Source: an uncultured Christensenellaceae bacterium
GTDB taxonomy: Bacteria; Bacillota; Clostridia; Christensenellales; Borkfalkiaceae
Reading direction: 5' to 3'
DNA length: 64,000 bases
Assembly: GCA_910588615.1 (NCBI GenBank)
Contig: CAJUOI010000003.1
Coordinates: 15,057-79,056, forward strand
Shown here in pieces: positions 10,271 through 20,772 of this stretch. A program made the translations under genes and the position numbers. Numbering within the stretch: position 1 is the stretch's first letter; each line of letters starts with the position of its first letter. The notes under the pieces were generated by a model that saw only the letters and a list, made by a program, of their open reading frames with translations, was not told the DNA's origin and did no database searches.

Positions 10271-10738
10271 TCCGTTTAATATTTCGATTGCCCGAAGCAC
10301 GTGCCCCTCTTCCAATCCGAGCCCGAAACGGGGGTTGGTCTTCACAAAAAAATCGGAAAGCTTTCCCCAAGCGTAACGGTAATCGTCGAGAATCACGAAA
10401 CGCTCAACAGGTTCCGCCGCGGCATCGAGCCACGCCCGGATTTCCTCCGGTCTGTCCCCGTCCATTCCCAAATCGGGCGTTTTTGAAAATATTTCGAGCG
10501 AGCACTTCGAAAAGGTTTCGTTGAGATACCCCCCGTCCGCATCGCATTTTTCCGCGTCCGTATCCCAATGGACGCGCCAGGTCGAACTCAAAACGATTTT
10601 CGCGCCCGTTTCGTCGACGATTCGTTTTACGAGCGGCAGACGCGATTCGTCGATATTCGTCAGCTTATCCCAATCCCTCTTCCTGTCGTACGCGCTCGAA
10701 TTCAACACGCCGTCGATATCGAGAAATATCACCTTCAC
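10268..10738 (-). CDS. HAD-superfamily phosphatase-like protein
   Basis: 156 aa. N-terminal MKVIFLDIDGVLN (DxDG nucleophile motif), then LSSTWR and ILDD. Confidence 0.6.
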   Translation of the reverse strand: MKVIFLDIDGVLNSSAYDRKRDWDKLTNIDESRLPLVKRIVDETGAKIVLSSTWRVHWDTDAEKCDADGGYLNETFSKCSLEIFSKTPDLGMDGDRPEEIRAWLDAAAEPVERFVILDDYRYAWGKLSDFFVKTNPRFGLGLEEGHVLRAIEILNG

Positions 10739-10960
10739 TTTTTTACCTCCCTGTTGCTAATATTATATCACAAACCCGCCGCATTCGTACCGTTTGATCG
10801 GATTTTTTCAAAAGGTTTTTATGCCTCTGTTGTGCAAAGCGAAAAATTTTTTGTATAAAGCGTAAAATATTAAGCTCCTTCGTCGCTCCACTTGGTAAAT
10901 GACGGGCGCACCAACACCTCTCGCACCGCCATGCGGCAACCAAAAAAACGCACTCTTCCG

Positions 10961-10998
10961 AAAACAAAAACCCGACGGGGCACGAGGCTCCCGTCGGG
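10961..10998 (-). terminator. Rho-independent terminator after the esterase gene
   Basis: An 8-bp GC stem CCCGACGG/CCGTCGGG is followed on the minus strand by a T-run. Confidence 0.7.
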
Positions 10999-11024
10999 AA
11001 AATAAAGGAGGAATGGGGTCTGAG

Positions 11025-12695
11025 TTAGTCTTGCTTATCCTGCGGCTGCTCTTCATCCGCTTCCGTCTTACTGCCCTTTTTTGCTTTCTTCAAACCAAAG
11101 AACACGCCCGAACCCGCGCCCGCCAGAACGAGTACGCCGCCCACTGCGATCAGCGCAATGCCCCAGGCGGGAAAGCCTTCTTCTTCGGGCTGCTCTACGG
11201 AAGGCGGAGGCACAGCCGCCTTTTCTTTAAACGTAACTTCGAGAACGTAATTCCCCGCGCCGAGAACCGCCGAATATTTGCCGTCCGCTTCCGTCATGGG
11301 TACGCCGTTTAACGTAACCGTATCCACCACGTAGCCGTAGCTCGGCTTGGGCGTTACGGTAAGCGTTTCGCCCTCGTACACGGTACTGCCCGACGGCTTG
11401 CGTTCAATGGTTCCGCCGAAGCCCGTTTTCACGCTAATCGACTGTTTTTCGCGGTCGCGGAAGGTAACGTTGATATTGCTCGACGAACCGTGGCTCTCTT
11501 CGGGCGTCAGGGTAATCACGCCGTCCGCATAGACGGATGCGGGAAGCTCGACGCCGTTCAGCGTGATTTTATCCACCAGCTTGCCGCGCGCAGGTGTTAC
11601 GTGAATCTTCACCGCTTCGCCGTTGGAACGCACCGTCTTTTCCTCTACTGCGCCGCCCGCAGCCGCCGTTACGTAATAGGTATATTTCGACATATTCGAA
11701 ATTGCGGCGGTTGCAAAGCGTTTGCCGAGATCGTACATATCGCTTGCATTGAAGTGCCAATCGTCCGAACCGACGAGGGTCGAACCGTCGTGAATTTTGT
11801 ACGTGTCGGTATCCACCGTGAAAACGTCGTTTAAGGCGTTTGCGACCTTATCTTCCGCGGCGCGCACCGTGGCGATATTGCCGCCGAACCAACCCGTAGA
11901 ATTGATTTTACCGACCACGAAGGGGCGATTTACCGCCTCCGCATCCTCCGCGCGCACGGCAACGTCCTTGCGCAGATCGTTGATAAAGTCGGTAAGATTT
12001 TCTTCGTAGGCGTTTGCAAGCTCGGACGTAACCGCATCCGCTTCGCCCTGCATCCAGATATAGCCCTTGATCGAAGGCGTAAACCCGCGCGTCTTTAAAT
12101 CGGCGCAGCTCGCTTCCAATGTATCCAGCAAACGGGAGTAAAGCAAACCGTTATTCGCGTGCAGCATCTTGTCCGCTTCCGTCGCCTTCTTCGTCATGGT
12201 AGGCGAAGCCCAGTTTCCGTAATCTTCCGTCTGCTTCCCCGCTCCGCCGAAATCGCCCAGATAGGTGCCGCCCACCGCGTACTTTACGATGACTGCGGGA
12301 TTATCCGAAGTATGCGTTTCGGACAGCACGTTTGCCATGCCGAGCTCGGGACCGATTCTGTCGCCCCAAGCGCCCTGTCCCATAACGACGTTGGTGCGTT
12401 GCGGCTTGGGAAGCTCGGCGGTTGCCCGAACCTCCGTCAAGCCGTAATAGACGACGTTAGAATAGCCCGAGGCGTTGCGTCCGTCCTCGCTTGTAAGTTT
12501 GGTGCGATACGTGCCGCTACCGCCGTATACGGTTTGGTTGAGCTGAGAATACCCTGCGGCGTTGCTCTGTCCCGCAACGATCCAGATATCGGCGGTTTTT
12601 GGTTCTGCCGCCCGTGCCCTAAACCCTATGCCGGCGGGCGCGATTGCCGCCGTTCCGACGGCGATCAACCCGAGGGTCAATAATGCTTTTTTCAT
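11025..12695 (-). CDS. Secreted SASA/DUF303-type carbohydrate O-acetylesterase with Ig-like domains and a C-terminal membrane anchor
   Basis: Signal peptide, IWIVAGQSNAAGYS (GQSN esterase motif), a DDWHF block, two beta-rich repeats, and a C-terminal TM segment (WGIALIAVGGVLVLAGAGSGVFF) with a charged tail. Confidence 0.7.
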   Translation of the reverse strand: MKKALLTLGLIAVGTAAIAPAGIGFRARAAEPKTADIWIVAGQSNAAGYSQLNQTVYGGSGTYRTKLTSEDGRNASGYSNVVYYGLTEVRATAELPKPQRTNVVMGQGAWGDRIGPELGMANVLSETHTSDNPAVIVKYAVGGTYLGDFGGAGKQTEDYGNWASPTMTKKATEADKMLHANNGLLYSRLLDTLEASCADLKTRGFTPSIKGYIWMQGEADAVTSELANAYEENLTDFINDLRKDVAVRAEDAEAVNRPFVVGKINSTGWFGGNIATVRAAEDKVANALNDVFTVDTDTYKIHDGSTLVGSDDWHFNASDMYDLGKRFATAAISNMSKYTYYVTAAAGGAVEEKTVRSNGEAVKIHVTPARGKLVDKITLNGVELPASVYADGVITLTPEESHGSSSNINVTFRDREKQSISVKTGFGGTIERKPSGSTVYEGETLTVTPKPSYGYVVDTVTLNGVPMTEADGKYSAVLGAGNYVLEVTFKEKAAVPPPSVEQPEEEGFPAWGIALIAVGGVLVLAGAGSGVFFGLKKAKKGSKTEADEEQPQDKQD

Positions 12696-12706
12696 GCCTA
12701 TGCCTC

Positions 12707-15700
12707 TCAGTCAATCTTCAAACGCGTCATGTCGATGCCTTCGCCGACCTGCCACAGCAAATCTTCGTAAACCGCATTGGCAGTTCCTGCAAGCTTTAAC
12801 GTCGTGCAAAGTCGGTTGCCCCATTCATCCGCACCCGCATCGCGTTCGCAAACTTTTACCATGACTTTTTTGCCACCTACCGTTCTTTCGATAAATGCCA
12901 TCCACTTATTGTTGAACCTACCCGCACCGACGCGCACGCCTTCGCCCGTCGCCCACGCTTTGGTTTCTTCGGCTGTAAATTTTCCGCCGGGATAAGTACC
13001 GTCCCCGTCGAGTTTTAAGGTAACGTTGACCTCCGTATTTTCCACGAAGGTTGCCGCAACCGCAAGCGTTCTTGCCGCAACGTAATTGTTCAGCGTAACC
13101 GTGAAAGCGTCGCCGTTTTGAGTAGCCTCCGTTACCGTGCCGTTGATCGTAACCTGCGAAAGCGTGTAGCCCGCATCGGGGGTAAGCGTTACGGTGATAT
13201 TTCCGCCGAGCACGGGATTTGCGGAAACTTCCACCGTGCCGTTTGCCGCAGCCGCCATGTTCACCGTAACGGGAAGATTGCCCGTAAGAATTTCGAAATC
13301 GTTATATTCCGCCCCGGAAGCCGAACCCCAGGCAACGAGTTCGATTTTCAGCTCGTCGTTTGCGATATACGCATACGTATTCGTCTCGTGCACGAGTTGC
13401 ATTGCGCCGTTCTGTTCGATATAAATACAGAATTTTCCGTTGACTCTGGCAATTCCGAAGTAAAGTCCTTCCGCACCGTTATACAGGGCAAGCTGTTCGG
13501 CAGTCAGCAAATGTCCGCCCCAACCCCAATCCGTCCAGTTGGTAAACTGAATCAGCCAATTACCGTTTGCAACGTCATGCGTAAACCGACAGATGAGCTG
13601 TCCGTTCACGCCCGTTAAAACGTAACCGAATGACACATCGTTTTCAAACGTATTTTGCGCCTTGATACGGGTGAGGATCATCATATTTTCGTTAGCGGGG
13701 ATTCTCTGTTTCAGCGTCATATACGATTCGCTCGTGCCCGTAAATACGATCTTCTTTTCTTCGTAACCTGAAACGTCAAAGTTTTCCGCGCCGCTTTCCA
13801 CGTACTTGTTCGCCATAATTTCCTGCGCGGTGAACGCGGTCAGCCCGACTGCAACTTCGCCGTCCGCAGATACGGTGAATTCCGCCGAATGGCAGTTCGC
13901 CGCGGACGCCGTGTACGTGCCCTTGACCATTTCGATTGCTGCTTCGCCGTTATTGACCGTAACGGTATAAGTGTTGCTCGCGCTTTCGAGCGTAACTTCT
14001 GTGCCGTCTGCAATACCCGTGAATTTGAGCGTTACGTTCACTTCCGCCTTTTCGATAAACGCCGCGTTGACGTTTAATTCCTTGGACAGGAAATTGCTAA
14101 GCGTTAGCGTGTATACGCCGTTATTTTCGGACAAGCCCGCCGCCTTGTTTTCGCCGTTCACCGTAAACGAAGATACGATATAACCGCTTGCGGGGGTAAG
14201 CGTTACCGTAATATTTCCGCCCATTACGGGATTCGCCGAAACTTCCAACGTACCGTTTGCAGGCGTATTCTTGGTAACCTTCACCGCAATGTCGTTGCCG
14301 ATTTCGTAACCGAAGCTGTTGTACTCCAACCCCCTCGCCTGATACCAGGTAGCAAGCCCGAGGTTCACCGCCTGCGTCGCAATCTGTCCACCCGTCGTGG
14401 AAAGCATCGACTTCATGTTGCCGTTGCCGTCGTCCGCAAGCAGATAAACCGTTCCGTTTATCCTTGCAACGGCAATCCGCAAGCCCGCGCCGTTGATCAG
14501 GTTCTTTTGCGCGTCGGTCATGGCGCACTTCATATCGATATCGCCCCAATTGTTGATTGCAAAGCCCGCGTTGTCGAGAACGGTGAAGTGCGTTTCCGTT
14601 CCGCCGAAAATCGTAAATCCGTAACGGAATCCGCCCGGCGCGCCCTGCAAGAACGAGTTTTGCACCTTCACCGTGCTCTCCATCCAGAAATTTTGCGACG
14701 CCGTTGCCGATGCCTTAAACTTCAAGTGCGATTCGCCACTCGTGCCCGTATAAACGATTTTCTTTTCGCTTTCGATCTTGCCGAGGTCGTAGCATTCGCC
14801 TTCGGCTTCCACGTATTTTTCCTGCATGGCAGCGTTGTAATCGAATTCTTTCAGCGTAACGTTGATTTCGCCCGCCGCAGTGATTTCCACCGTCTGGTCC
14901 TCGTAGCCGTCGACCGAAACGGTATAACTGCCCTTTGCTACGTTTTCAAACGCGGCTTTGTTTGCCGTAACCGTTTGCGTCTTGCTGCCGCCCGCGCCCT
15001 TTAAGGTTACGAGCGTGCCGTCGGCAAGCCCCGTAACCACAAGCGTTACGTTTACTTCCTGCTCTTCGATAAACGAAGCGTTGATTTTCAGCGTCTTTGC
15101 GGTAACCGCATTGAGCGTAAGCACGTAATTGTCGCCGTCCTTTTGCAGCGCCGCCGCCTTGTTCTCGCCGTTGATCAACAGCGATTCGGGCAGATACCCG
15201 CTTGCGGGTGTGAGCGTTACCGTTACGTTTCCGCCGATAACGGGATTTTGCGAAACCGCAACCGTACCGTTTGCGGGAGTATTTTTTACAACGTCTACGG
15301 GAACCTTGCCCGTGATCCAGCTGAATTCATTGAACTCCGCGCCTTTGACCTGCGTCCAGCAGACAATGCTCATCGTAATTTCCTTATCCTTGAGGGCGCT
15401 GCCCGTTTCCGTGGCAACCTGCTGCATGACGCCGTTTTCGTCCTCGAGGTAGAAGAAGAACGCACCGTTGATACGCGCTACGCCGATACGCAAGCCCGTG
15501 CCGTCCGTCCAATCTTCGGGCGCATCAACGCCGAATTCCTTTCCGCTCCACAATGTGCCCCAGTCGGTAAACTGCATCAGCCAATTGTTATGCGCTCTGT
15601 CATAAGTGAAGGTCGCGACCAGTTCGCTGCCGCCGCCGTCTTTGAACATGAAGCCGTAACGAATCCCGCCCTCGTTGTTCATAACGAACGTGTCTTGCTT

Positions 15701-17947
15701 TTTGATGACCGCGGTTACGTAGAAGTCCTCGTTTGCCTTTGCCTTTTGTTTAAACACGAGCTCGTGGCTCATGGTGTCAAACACCTCTCCGCCGTAGGTG
15801 TAAACGATTTTTCCTTCCGTAATCTTCGAATAATCGTAAAAGTCGCCGCCGCTTACAATCTGGTCTGCACCTGCCGTAAACCCGGAAAGCGTAATTTCCT
15901 TTATCACGCCCGCGGAGGTTACGAGGAAATCACCCTCGTATTTGTTGTAGCCGGACTCCTCGATCGTAAGCGTATAGTTCCCGACCGCGACTTTGCCGAA
16001 GTCGAACGCGCCGTTCGCGTTGGTGGTCTGCGTCAACGCCGTACCGTTTGCGGGGGTCAGCGTTACCGTTACGTTCGAAAGCGTCTTGCCGTCCTTATCC
16101 TTCAACGTACCGTTGACCGCGCCCCGTCCTTCGAGCGCGAAATCCAAATCGTAATACGCACCCTTGCCGCAGGTGGTAAGCCCGGGAACGACCTTCGTAT
16201 CCGCCGTGAACCCGTATTTGTCGTTAAGCGCAATCGCGTCGCGCACGCAGGTGCCGTTGACCCATACGGAAAGCTTTCCGTCCTTCCACTGCACCGCGAA
16301 GGGAACGCCGTCGCCCGACGCAAGCGCGCGGATCTCTTTGCCAACCGTCGATTCGAGGTCGCTGACGTCGCCGTTGCCCCATTCGTCGCCTCCGCCGCCG
16401 TTTGCAATAATCTGTACGACATAGGAATCCGCACCCTTCTCGCCATTCGCCAGCAGGCACACGTACACTTTTTTGTTGCCGTCCCAAAGCGTAAAGCCGA
16501 TACGCGTATCCGAGCCCGCAACCATGGGCACGACGAGTCTGCCCGAAACAAACACTTCCGTGCTCTTTATTTCCGTATGCCGCGAATGCACCATCCAGCC
16601 GCCGCTCATGCCGATGACCGTGCCCATTCCGAGGTCGGTAAAATCCCACTCGGCGGCGTTGTCCGCCTGCATGAAGCTTCTCGACAGCACGATATTTTTC
16701 GTAATATTCGCAACGAGGTTTACCGTCTGCGCCGTGGTGAGATACCCGTTCGCTTCGGTGAAAATCGTCCATTCTCCGTGCGCAAGCTCTACCGAATAGG
16801 TGCCGTCCGCCGCCACCGCGATGGGTGCGTACGCACCCGCACGCCCCGCGTAAAGCGTAAGCGAGGGAAGCGCCGCGCCGCCCGACACGCTCACCGTTCC
16901 GCTGAGCGTGTGCTTCTGTTCGGGAAGCGCTTCAAACCGAGCCGTAATATTCAGCGCCGTGCTTTCCTTAACCGCGCAGAGCGCAACGCCGCTGCGGTAA
17001 TAAATTTCATCCTTTACCTCTTTGCCGTTGACTTTCAGCGAGGATACGCAATAACCTGCGTCGGGCTTCACCGTCATCACGTAGTTGTCGCCCAGGATAT
17101 ACCAGTTCTTGCCCTCCACGCTGCCGTGCTCGCCCGCAGCGATCGTAACGTCCTCGGCAATGAGTCCGTCCTCGTTGAACTGGTACCAGTTCTCCGCGGG
17201 ATAGTTCCAGCCGATGCCGCGTTCCTCGCTACCGATGCCGTACCAAAGCCGTTGCGACCAATCGCTCGTCGCGTAAGGCGACGACGAGCGCACCAGCGCG
17301 GGAGACACGTACAGGTGTTCGGGCTTCGCGTCCTTATCGGCGACGTCCTGTTCGTGGAACATACTGTAAGGCATATAGAGCTCGACGGAATACCCCTCGC
17401 ATTCGCCGTTGATTTCGCCGTTCATCCACACCTTGCTGTGCATATCCTTCGACCAATCCGCAAAGCCGTCGTTGGTTTCCGTCGAGGGAGACACCCATTT
17501 TTTGATAAGTTTAGCGCCTCCAGCATTTACGGAAATTCTATATGCGTTTTCTTCAACTGTCGTCTGCGGATTGGACGCTAAATTCGGACCGATACAGAAC
17601 TGCACGCCCGAGTTGATTTCCGTCAGCGTGCCCTCGTTGAAGTACACTGCGTCGTCCGTAATATCAAAGCCGAAATACACGCCCTTTTCGCCGTAATAGG
17701 AGGTCATGCGGAACACGCAGTTCGTATCGCGGATATCCGCGTCGAGCACGCGCTGCCCCTGCCACTGCGCCTCGTCCAATTTACCGTCCAGCACAATTCC
17801 GTCGCCGAAATCTTCCGTCTTGATATAATCGTAATTAAAAGGCGGGAAGGTTACCGTCTTTCCGCAAGCCGCCAGAGCGGTAACGCCCGTAGCCGCGATG
17901 CAGCCCGTAAGAACGCCGATCGCTATTTTTCTCGTTTTCTTTTTCAT
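12707..17947 (-). CDS. Giant (1746 aa) cell-surface lipoprotein with an N-terminal CBM9/DOMON-like module and repeated lectin-like, Ig-like and carboxypeptidase-regulatory-like modules
   Basis: Lipobox VTALAACGK. DGKLDEAQWQG is CBM9-like. Three full ~340-aa repeats each contain (N)TPANGT.EVS.NPV.GGN.TVTLTP.SGY and EVNVTL..TG, plus a partial fourth lectin-like module at the C-terminus. Confidence 0.8.
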   Translation of the reverse strand: MKKKTRKIAIGVLTGCIAATGVTALAACGKTVTFPPFNYDYIKTEDFGDGIVLDGKLDEAQWQGQRVLDADIRDTNCVFRMTSYYGEKGVYFGFDITDDAVYFNEGTLTEINSGVQFCIGPNLASNPQTTVEENAYRISVNAGGAKLIKKWVSPSTETNDGFADWSKDMHSKVWMNGEINGECEGYSVELYMPYSMFHEQDVADKDAKPEHLYVSPALVRSSSPYATSDWSQRLWYGIGSEERGIGWNYPAENWYQFNEDGLIAEDVTIAAGEHGSVEGKNWYILGDNYVMTVKPDAGYCVSSLKVNGKEVKDEIYYRSGVALCAVKESTALNITARFEALPEQKHTLSGTVSVSGGAALPSLTLYAGRAGAYAPIAVAADGTYSVELAHGEWTIFTEANGYLTTAQTVNLVANITKNIVLSRSFMQADNAAEWDFTDLGMGTVIGMSGGWMVHSRHTEIKSTEVFVSGRLVVPMVAGSDTRIGFTLWDGNKKVYVCLLANGEKGADSYVVQIIANGGGGDEWGNGDVSDLESTVGKEIRALASGDGVPFAVQWKDGKLSVWVNGTCVRDAIALNDKYGFTADTKVVPGLTTCGKGAYYDLDFALEGRGAVNGTLKDKDGKTLSNVTVTLTPANGTALTQTTNANGAFDFGKVAVGNYTLTIEESGYNKYEGDFLVTSAGVIKEITLSGFTAGADQIVSGGDFYDYSKITEGKIVYTYGGEVFDTMSHELVFKQKAKANEDFYVTAVIKKQDTFVMNNEGGIRYGFMFKDGGGSELVATFTYDRAHNNWLMQFTDWGTLWSGKEFGVDAPEDWTDGTGLRIGVARINGAFFFYLEDENGVMQQVATETGSALKDKEITMSIVCWTQVKGAEFNEFSWITGKVPVDVVKNTPANGTVAVSQNPVIGGNVTVTLTPASGYLPESLLINGENKAAALQKDGDNYVLTLNAVTAKTLKINASFIEEQEVNVTLVVTGLADGTLVTLKGAGGSKTQTVTANKAAFENVAKGSYTVSVDGYEDQTVEITAAGEINVTLKEFDYNAAMQEKYVEAEGECYDLGKIESEKKIVYTGTSGESHLKFKASATASQNFWMESTVKVQNSFLQGAPGGFRYGFTIFGGTETHFTVLDNAGFAINNWGDIDMKCAMTDAQKNLINGAGLRIAVARINGTVYLLADDGNGNMKSMLSTTGGQIATQAVNLGLATWYQARGLEYNSFGYEIGNDIAVKVTKNTPANGTLEVSANPVMGGNITVTLTPASGYIVSSFTVNGENKAAGLSENNGVYTLTLSNFLSKELNVNAAFIEKAEVNVTLKFTGIADGTEVTLESASNTYTVTVNNGEAAIEMVKGTYTASAANCHSAEFTVSADGEVAVGLTAFTAQEIMANKYVESGAENFDVSGYEEKKIVFTGTSESYMTLKQRIPANENMMILTRIKAQNTFENDVSFGYVLTGVNGQLICRFTHDVANGNWLIQFTNWTDWGWGGHLLTAEQLALYNGAEGLYFGIARVNGKFCIYIEQNGAMQLVHETNTYAYIANDELKIELVAWGSASGAEYNDFEILTGNLPVTVNMAAAANGTVEVSANPVLGGNITVTLTPDAGYTLSQVTINGTVTEATQNGDAFTVTLNNYVAARTLAVAATFVENTEVNVTLKLDGDGTYPGGKFTAEETKAWATGEGVRVGAGRFNNKWMAFIERTVGGKKVMVKVCERDAGADEWGNRLCTTLKLAGTANAVYEDLLWQVGEGIDMTRLKID
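13000..15880 (-). repeat. Three diverged tandem coding repeats of about 1.02 kb inside the giant lipoprotein gene
   Basis: Repeat landmarks recur at about 13.03-13.28, 14.04-14.29 and 15.06-15.30 kb (protein motif ANGT.EVS.NPV.GGN.TVTLTP). Boundaries are approximate. Confidence 0.7.
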
Positions 17948-17965
17948 AACTTTACCCCTTTTCTC

Positions 17966-19780
17966 TTATTTTCCGAGCACGACGATTTCGGAAATCGCAA
18001 CGCTCTTCTGGTCGATAATATAGCCCGTCTCCTCGTCTATGATCGCAATGTCGTCGGGACGGTTCTTGGGCAGCTCTACCGTAATGCGGATCTCCTTTAC
18101 GAGCAGCGGATTGAATACCGCGACCGCGCTTCCGCCGGGGCGCATGGCTTTTAGGGTTTCCATCTTGTAGAAATCCCAGTCGAACGCAAGGTTCTCGATG
18201 AACGCCGTGCAGTTCTGTCCGTCGTAGTTGCAGTCGAACTCGATTCGCTTGACGTCGACGAACGACTTTTCGAACGTCTTGCTGTTGTATACCATGATTG
18301 CCGAAACCTCCTTGTATTCCGCAAATTTCAGCGTGATCGTGGTCGTCTTTTGCGCCTCAAACTCTTTTACGTAGGTGTTGTTCGTGTAAATGGAGAGCAG
18401 TCCGTCGGTCAGCGCGCTTACGTTGCTGCCCGTGCTCGCCTTGACCTCCGCCTCCGCGGCAAGGTTGCGGTAGCCGGAATGTTTGGCGATGCGCGGTTGC
18501 AACGACCAAGTCGGTCCGTTGCAGTAAAGCACGTCGTCGCCGTTGTTATTCTTTGTCCAGACGACCTTATCCACCGCGACGTCGCGCTCGCCGTAGCCGC
18601 CCGTCTGGCGCGCCACGTGCTCGTGATAAGCCATGTACAGCTCGCCGTCCACGGGAATGAAACTGTGGTGTCCGGTGCCCGAAACGTGATCGAACCGTTG
18701 CCAGTCGCATCCGAGCAGAATGCCGCCCTCTTCTTCCGTCAGCTTGCGGAAGGGACCCATGGGACTGTCGCCCACCGCCTGAACCACCGAATAGCTCTTA
18801 TCCGCATAACCGTTGATCGACAGCGTGAGGTAATATTTCCAGCTTCCGTCCTCCTGCTGCTTCTGATACATATAGGGTCCTTCGTTGACGCCGTTGCCCG
18901 ACTCGTAATTGGGAATATTCGAGCCGCTTTCATCCGTCCATTCCTCGTCCACCGTATAGTAGCCGCACCTCGTTGCCTGCGTCAGCGTGTCGAGCTTGGG
19001 CGTTTTCCAATCCTCCATTTCGCATACGAAGATGTCCGACTTGGAGCCGTAAGACGTACCCTCGCTGACGAAGTACAGGTACTTCGTACCGTCCGGCGCA
19101 ACGTAGGGGTGCGGGTCGATACAGTTAAAGATGTCTTTGCCGTCGAACTTACCCACTTTAATGCCGAAGCTCTTCATATAAGCAACCATAACGTCGTTGT
19201 CGAAAATCGGCTTCGAAGGATCGCCGCACGGCTCGAAGGGACCGTATGGTTCGTCGGCAACCGCAACGCCGATCATGCGGTGAGCCTCTTCGTAATCGGT
19301 ATACTTATTCTTCATCTCCATCGCGCCCGAATAGAAAATATAATATTTCCCTTCATCCGCTTCGTAAATCACCTCGGGCGCCCAGAAGTGCCCCTTGCCG
19401 TAGGCGTAGTGCGAGGGCTTCGCCTCGAACGCCAGATAGTTTTTTATCGGCGTTACGTCCTCCCACTTGCCCGTCAAATCCTTATTCCGGTAGGCGCGGT
19501 AGCCCATGTCGGGGTCGGTGGTGCCGTACAGATAGTAATATCCGTACTCCGTGCTTTCTTCGTCCGTAATCTGTATAACGCACGGGTCGGGCGCAAGCGT
19601 GCCCAAATCGTTGCGGTAGAATAGCTCGCTGACGAATGCCTGATCCAAATCGGGATGAATCTGATTGTCGTGCGGAAGCTGCCCGCCTCCGCCGCCGTTG
19701 CAGGCGCTCAGGCAAATAAGCCCCGCCGCAAGCACCCCGATCGCTGCCATCTTCTTTTTCATGTTCGTTCTCCTTATCAT
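17966..19780 (-). CDS. Glycoside hydrolase family 43 enzyme with a C-terminal discoidin/F5-8-type-C-like domain, lipoprotein
   Basis: LAPDPCVIQ..YYYLYGT, FWAPEVIY..YYIFYSG, CIDPHPYVAPDGTKYLYF and NEGPYMY are GH43 five-bladed-propeller motifs. Lipobox LICLSAC. The start may be the ATG at 19762. Confidence 0.85.
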   Translation of the reverse strand: MIRRTNMKKKMAAIGVLAAGLICLSACNGGGGGQLPHDNQIHPDLDQAFVSELFYRNDLGTLAPDPCVIQITDEESTEYGYYYLYGTTDPDMGYRAYRNKDLTGKWEDVTPIKNYLAFEAKPSHYAYGKGHFWAPEVIYEADEGKYYIFYSGAMEMKNKYTDYEEAHRMIGVAVADEPYGPFEPCGDPSKPIFDNDVMVAYMKSFGIKVGKFDGKDIFNCIDPHPYVAPDGTKYLYFVSEGTSYGSKSDIFVCEMEDWKTPKLDTLTQATRCGYYTVDEEWTDESGSNIPNYESGNGVNEGPYMYQKQQEDGSWKYYLTLSINGYADKSYSVVQAVGDSPMGPFRKLTEEEGGILLGCDWQRFDHVSGTGHHSFIPVDGELYMAYHEHVARQTGGYGERDVAVDKVVWTKNNNGDDVLYCNGPTWSLQPRIAKHSGYRNLAAEAEVKASTGSNVSALTDGLLSIYTNNTYVKEFEAQKTTTITLKFAEYKEVSAIMVYNSKTFEKSFVDVKRIEFDCNYDGQNCTAFIENLAFDWDFYKMETLKAMRPGGSAVAVFNPLLVKEIRITVELPKNRPDDIAIIDEETGYIIDQKSVAISEIVVLGK

Positions 19781-19839
19781 AAAATTTCAATTTTCCTTGC
19801 GGAAATACCGTTTGGGATCAAGGGGTCGAATCCTGCCCG

Positions 19840-20772
19840 TTAAGCCTTTAACCCCGTCATTGCAATGCCCTGCGTAAAGTACTTTTGCAGGAAGCAGTAC
19901 AGCACCAGCAGCGGCGCCAGCGCAATAATGACCGACGCGCACACCTCCATCGTATTCTGTGCCTGCCCGCCCTGAAAGTCGGCGAGCGCCAAGGACAGCG
20001 GGCTGAGCTCGGGATGGTTGGGCAAATACAGTTTGGGTCCCTGATAGCTATTGTATCCGCCGATGAACATAAACACTCCCTGCGCGATGAACGCGGGCGC
20101 GGTCAGAGGCAGCACGATTTGCAGATAGATCCGGAAATCGTTCAGCCCGTCGAGGCGCGCCGCCTCCATGAGCTCGTCGGGCAGTCCGCAGAAGAACTGC
20201 CGCAGGAAGAAGGTTACCCCCGCCCCGCCGAACAGCCCGGGAATAATGAGCGGCAACACGCCGTCGGACCAGCCGATCGCGTCGTAGAAAAGGTAGGAGG
20301 GAACGGTAAGCACCGCGCCCGGAATCATCATCGTAGCGAGCAGCCCCATAAAGAGCGTGTTCTTGCCCTTAAACGGAATCTTTGCGAACGCATACGCGCT
20401 CAAACCCGATACGAGCAAACTGACGAGCGTCGAGGGTACGACCTGCCACATGGTGTTCAAAAACGCCTTCCAGAACGGGGTGAACAGGTTTTCGACGAAC
20501 ACCCCTTTGTAAGCGACCAGCGTCGGATGCTTGGGCATCCAGATGAATTTCATCGAGAGAATGTATTCCTCTTCGGGCGTGATCGACGTGATCAGCACGA
20601 CGAGGAAGGGAATGAGAATCCAGACGGCGTACAGCACGAATACGGCGTAAATCGCAACCCGTGCGATAATTTTTCCGACATTGCGTTTCTTTTCTCTCTT
20701 GTCGGCGGGCTGTGCCGCCCCGTTCGCCGCCGCGCCCTCGGTGAACCCGACCGTTTTCTGATTAGTTGTCAT
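19840..20772 (-). CDS. Carbohydrate ABC transporter permease
   Basis: 310 aa, multi-TM, with the EAA loop EAARLDGLNDFRIYLQIVLP. Confidence 0.9.
   Translation of the reverse strand: MTTNQKTVGFTEGAAANGAAQPADKREKKRNVGKIIARVAIYAVFVLYAVWILIPFLVVLITSITPEEEYILSMKFIWMPKHPTLVAYKGVFVENLFTPFWKAFLNTMWQVVPSTLVSLLVSGLSAYAFAKIPFKGKNTLFMGLLATMMIPGAVLTVPSYLFYDAIGWSDGVLPLIIPGLFGGAGVTFFLRQFFCGLPDELMEAARLDGLNDFRIYLQIVLPLTAPAFIAQGVFMFIGGYNSYQGPKLYLPNHPELSPLSLALADFQGGQAQNTMEVCASVIIALAPLLVLYCFLQKYFTQGIAMTGLKA

Noticed and set aside
12707-17947. Diversity-generating retroelement or phase-variable target in the giant repeat protein.
   Set aside because: There is no reverse transcriptase and no template-repeat/variable-repeat pair with adenine-specific differences. 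The repeats are diverged at all base types.
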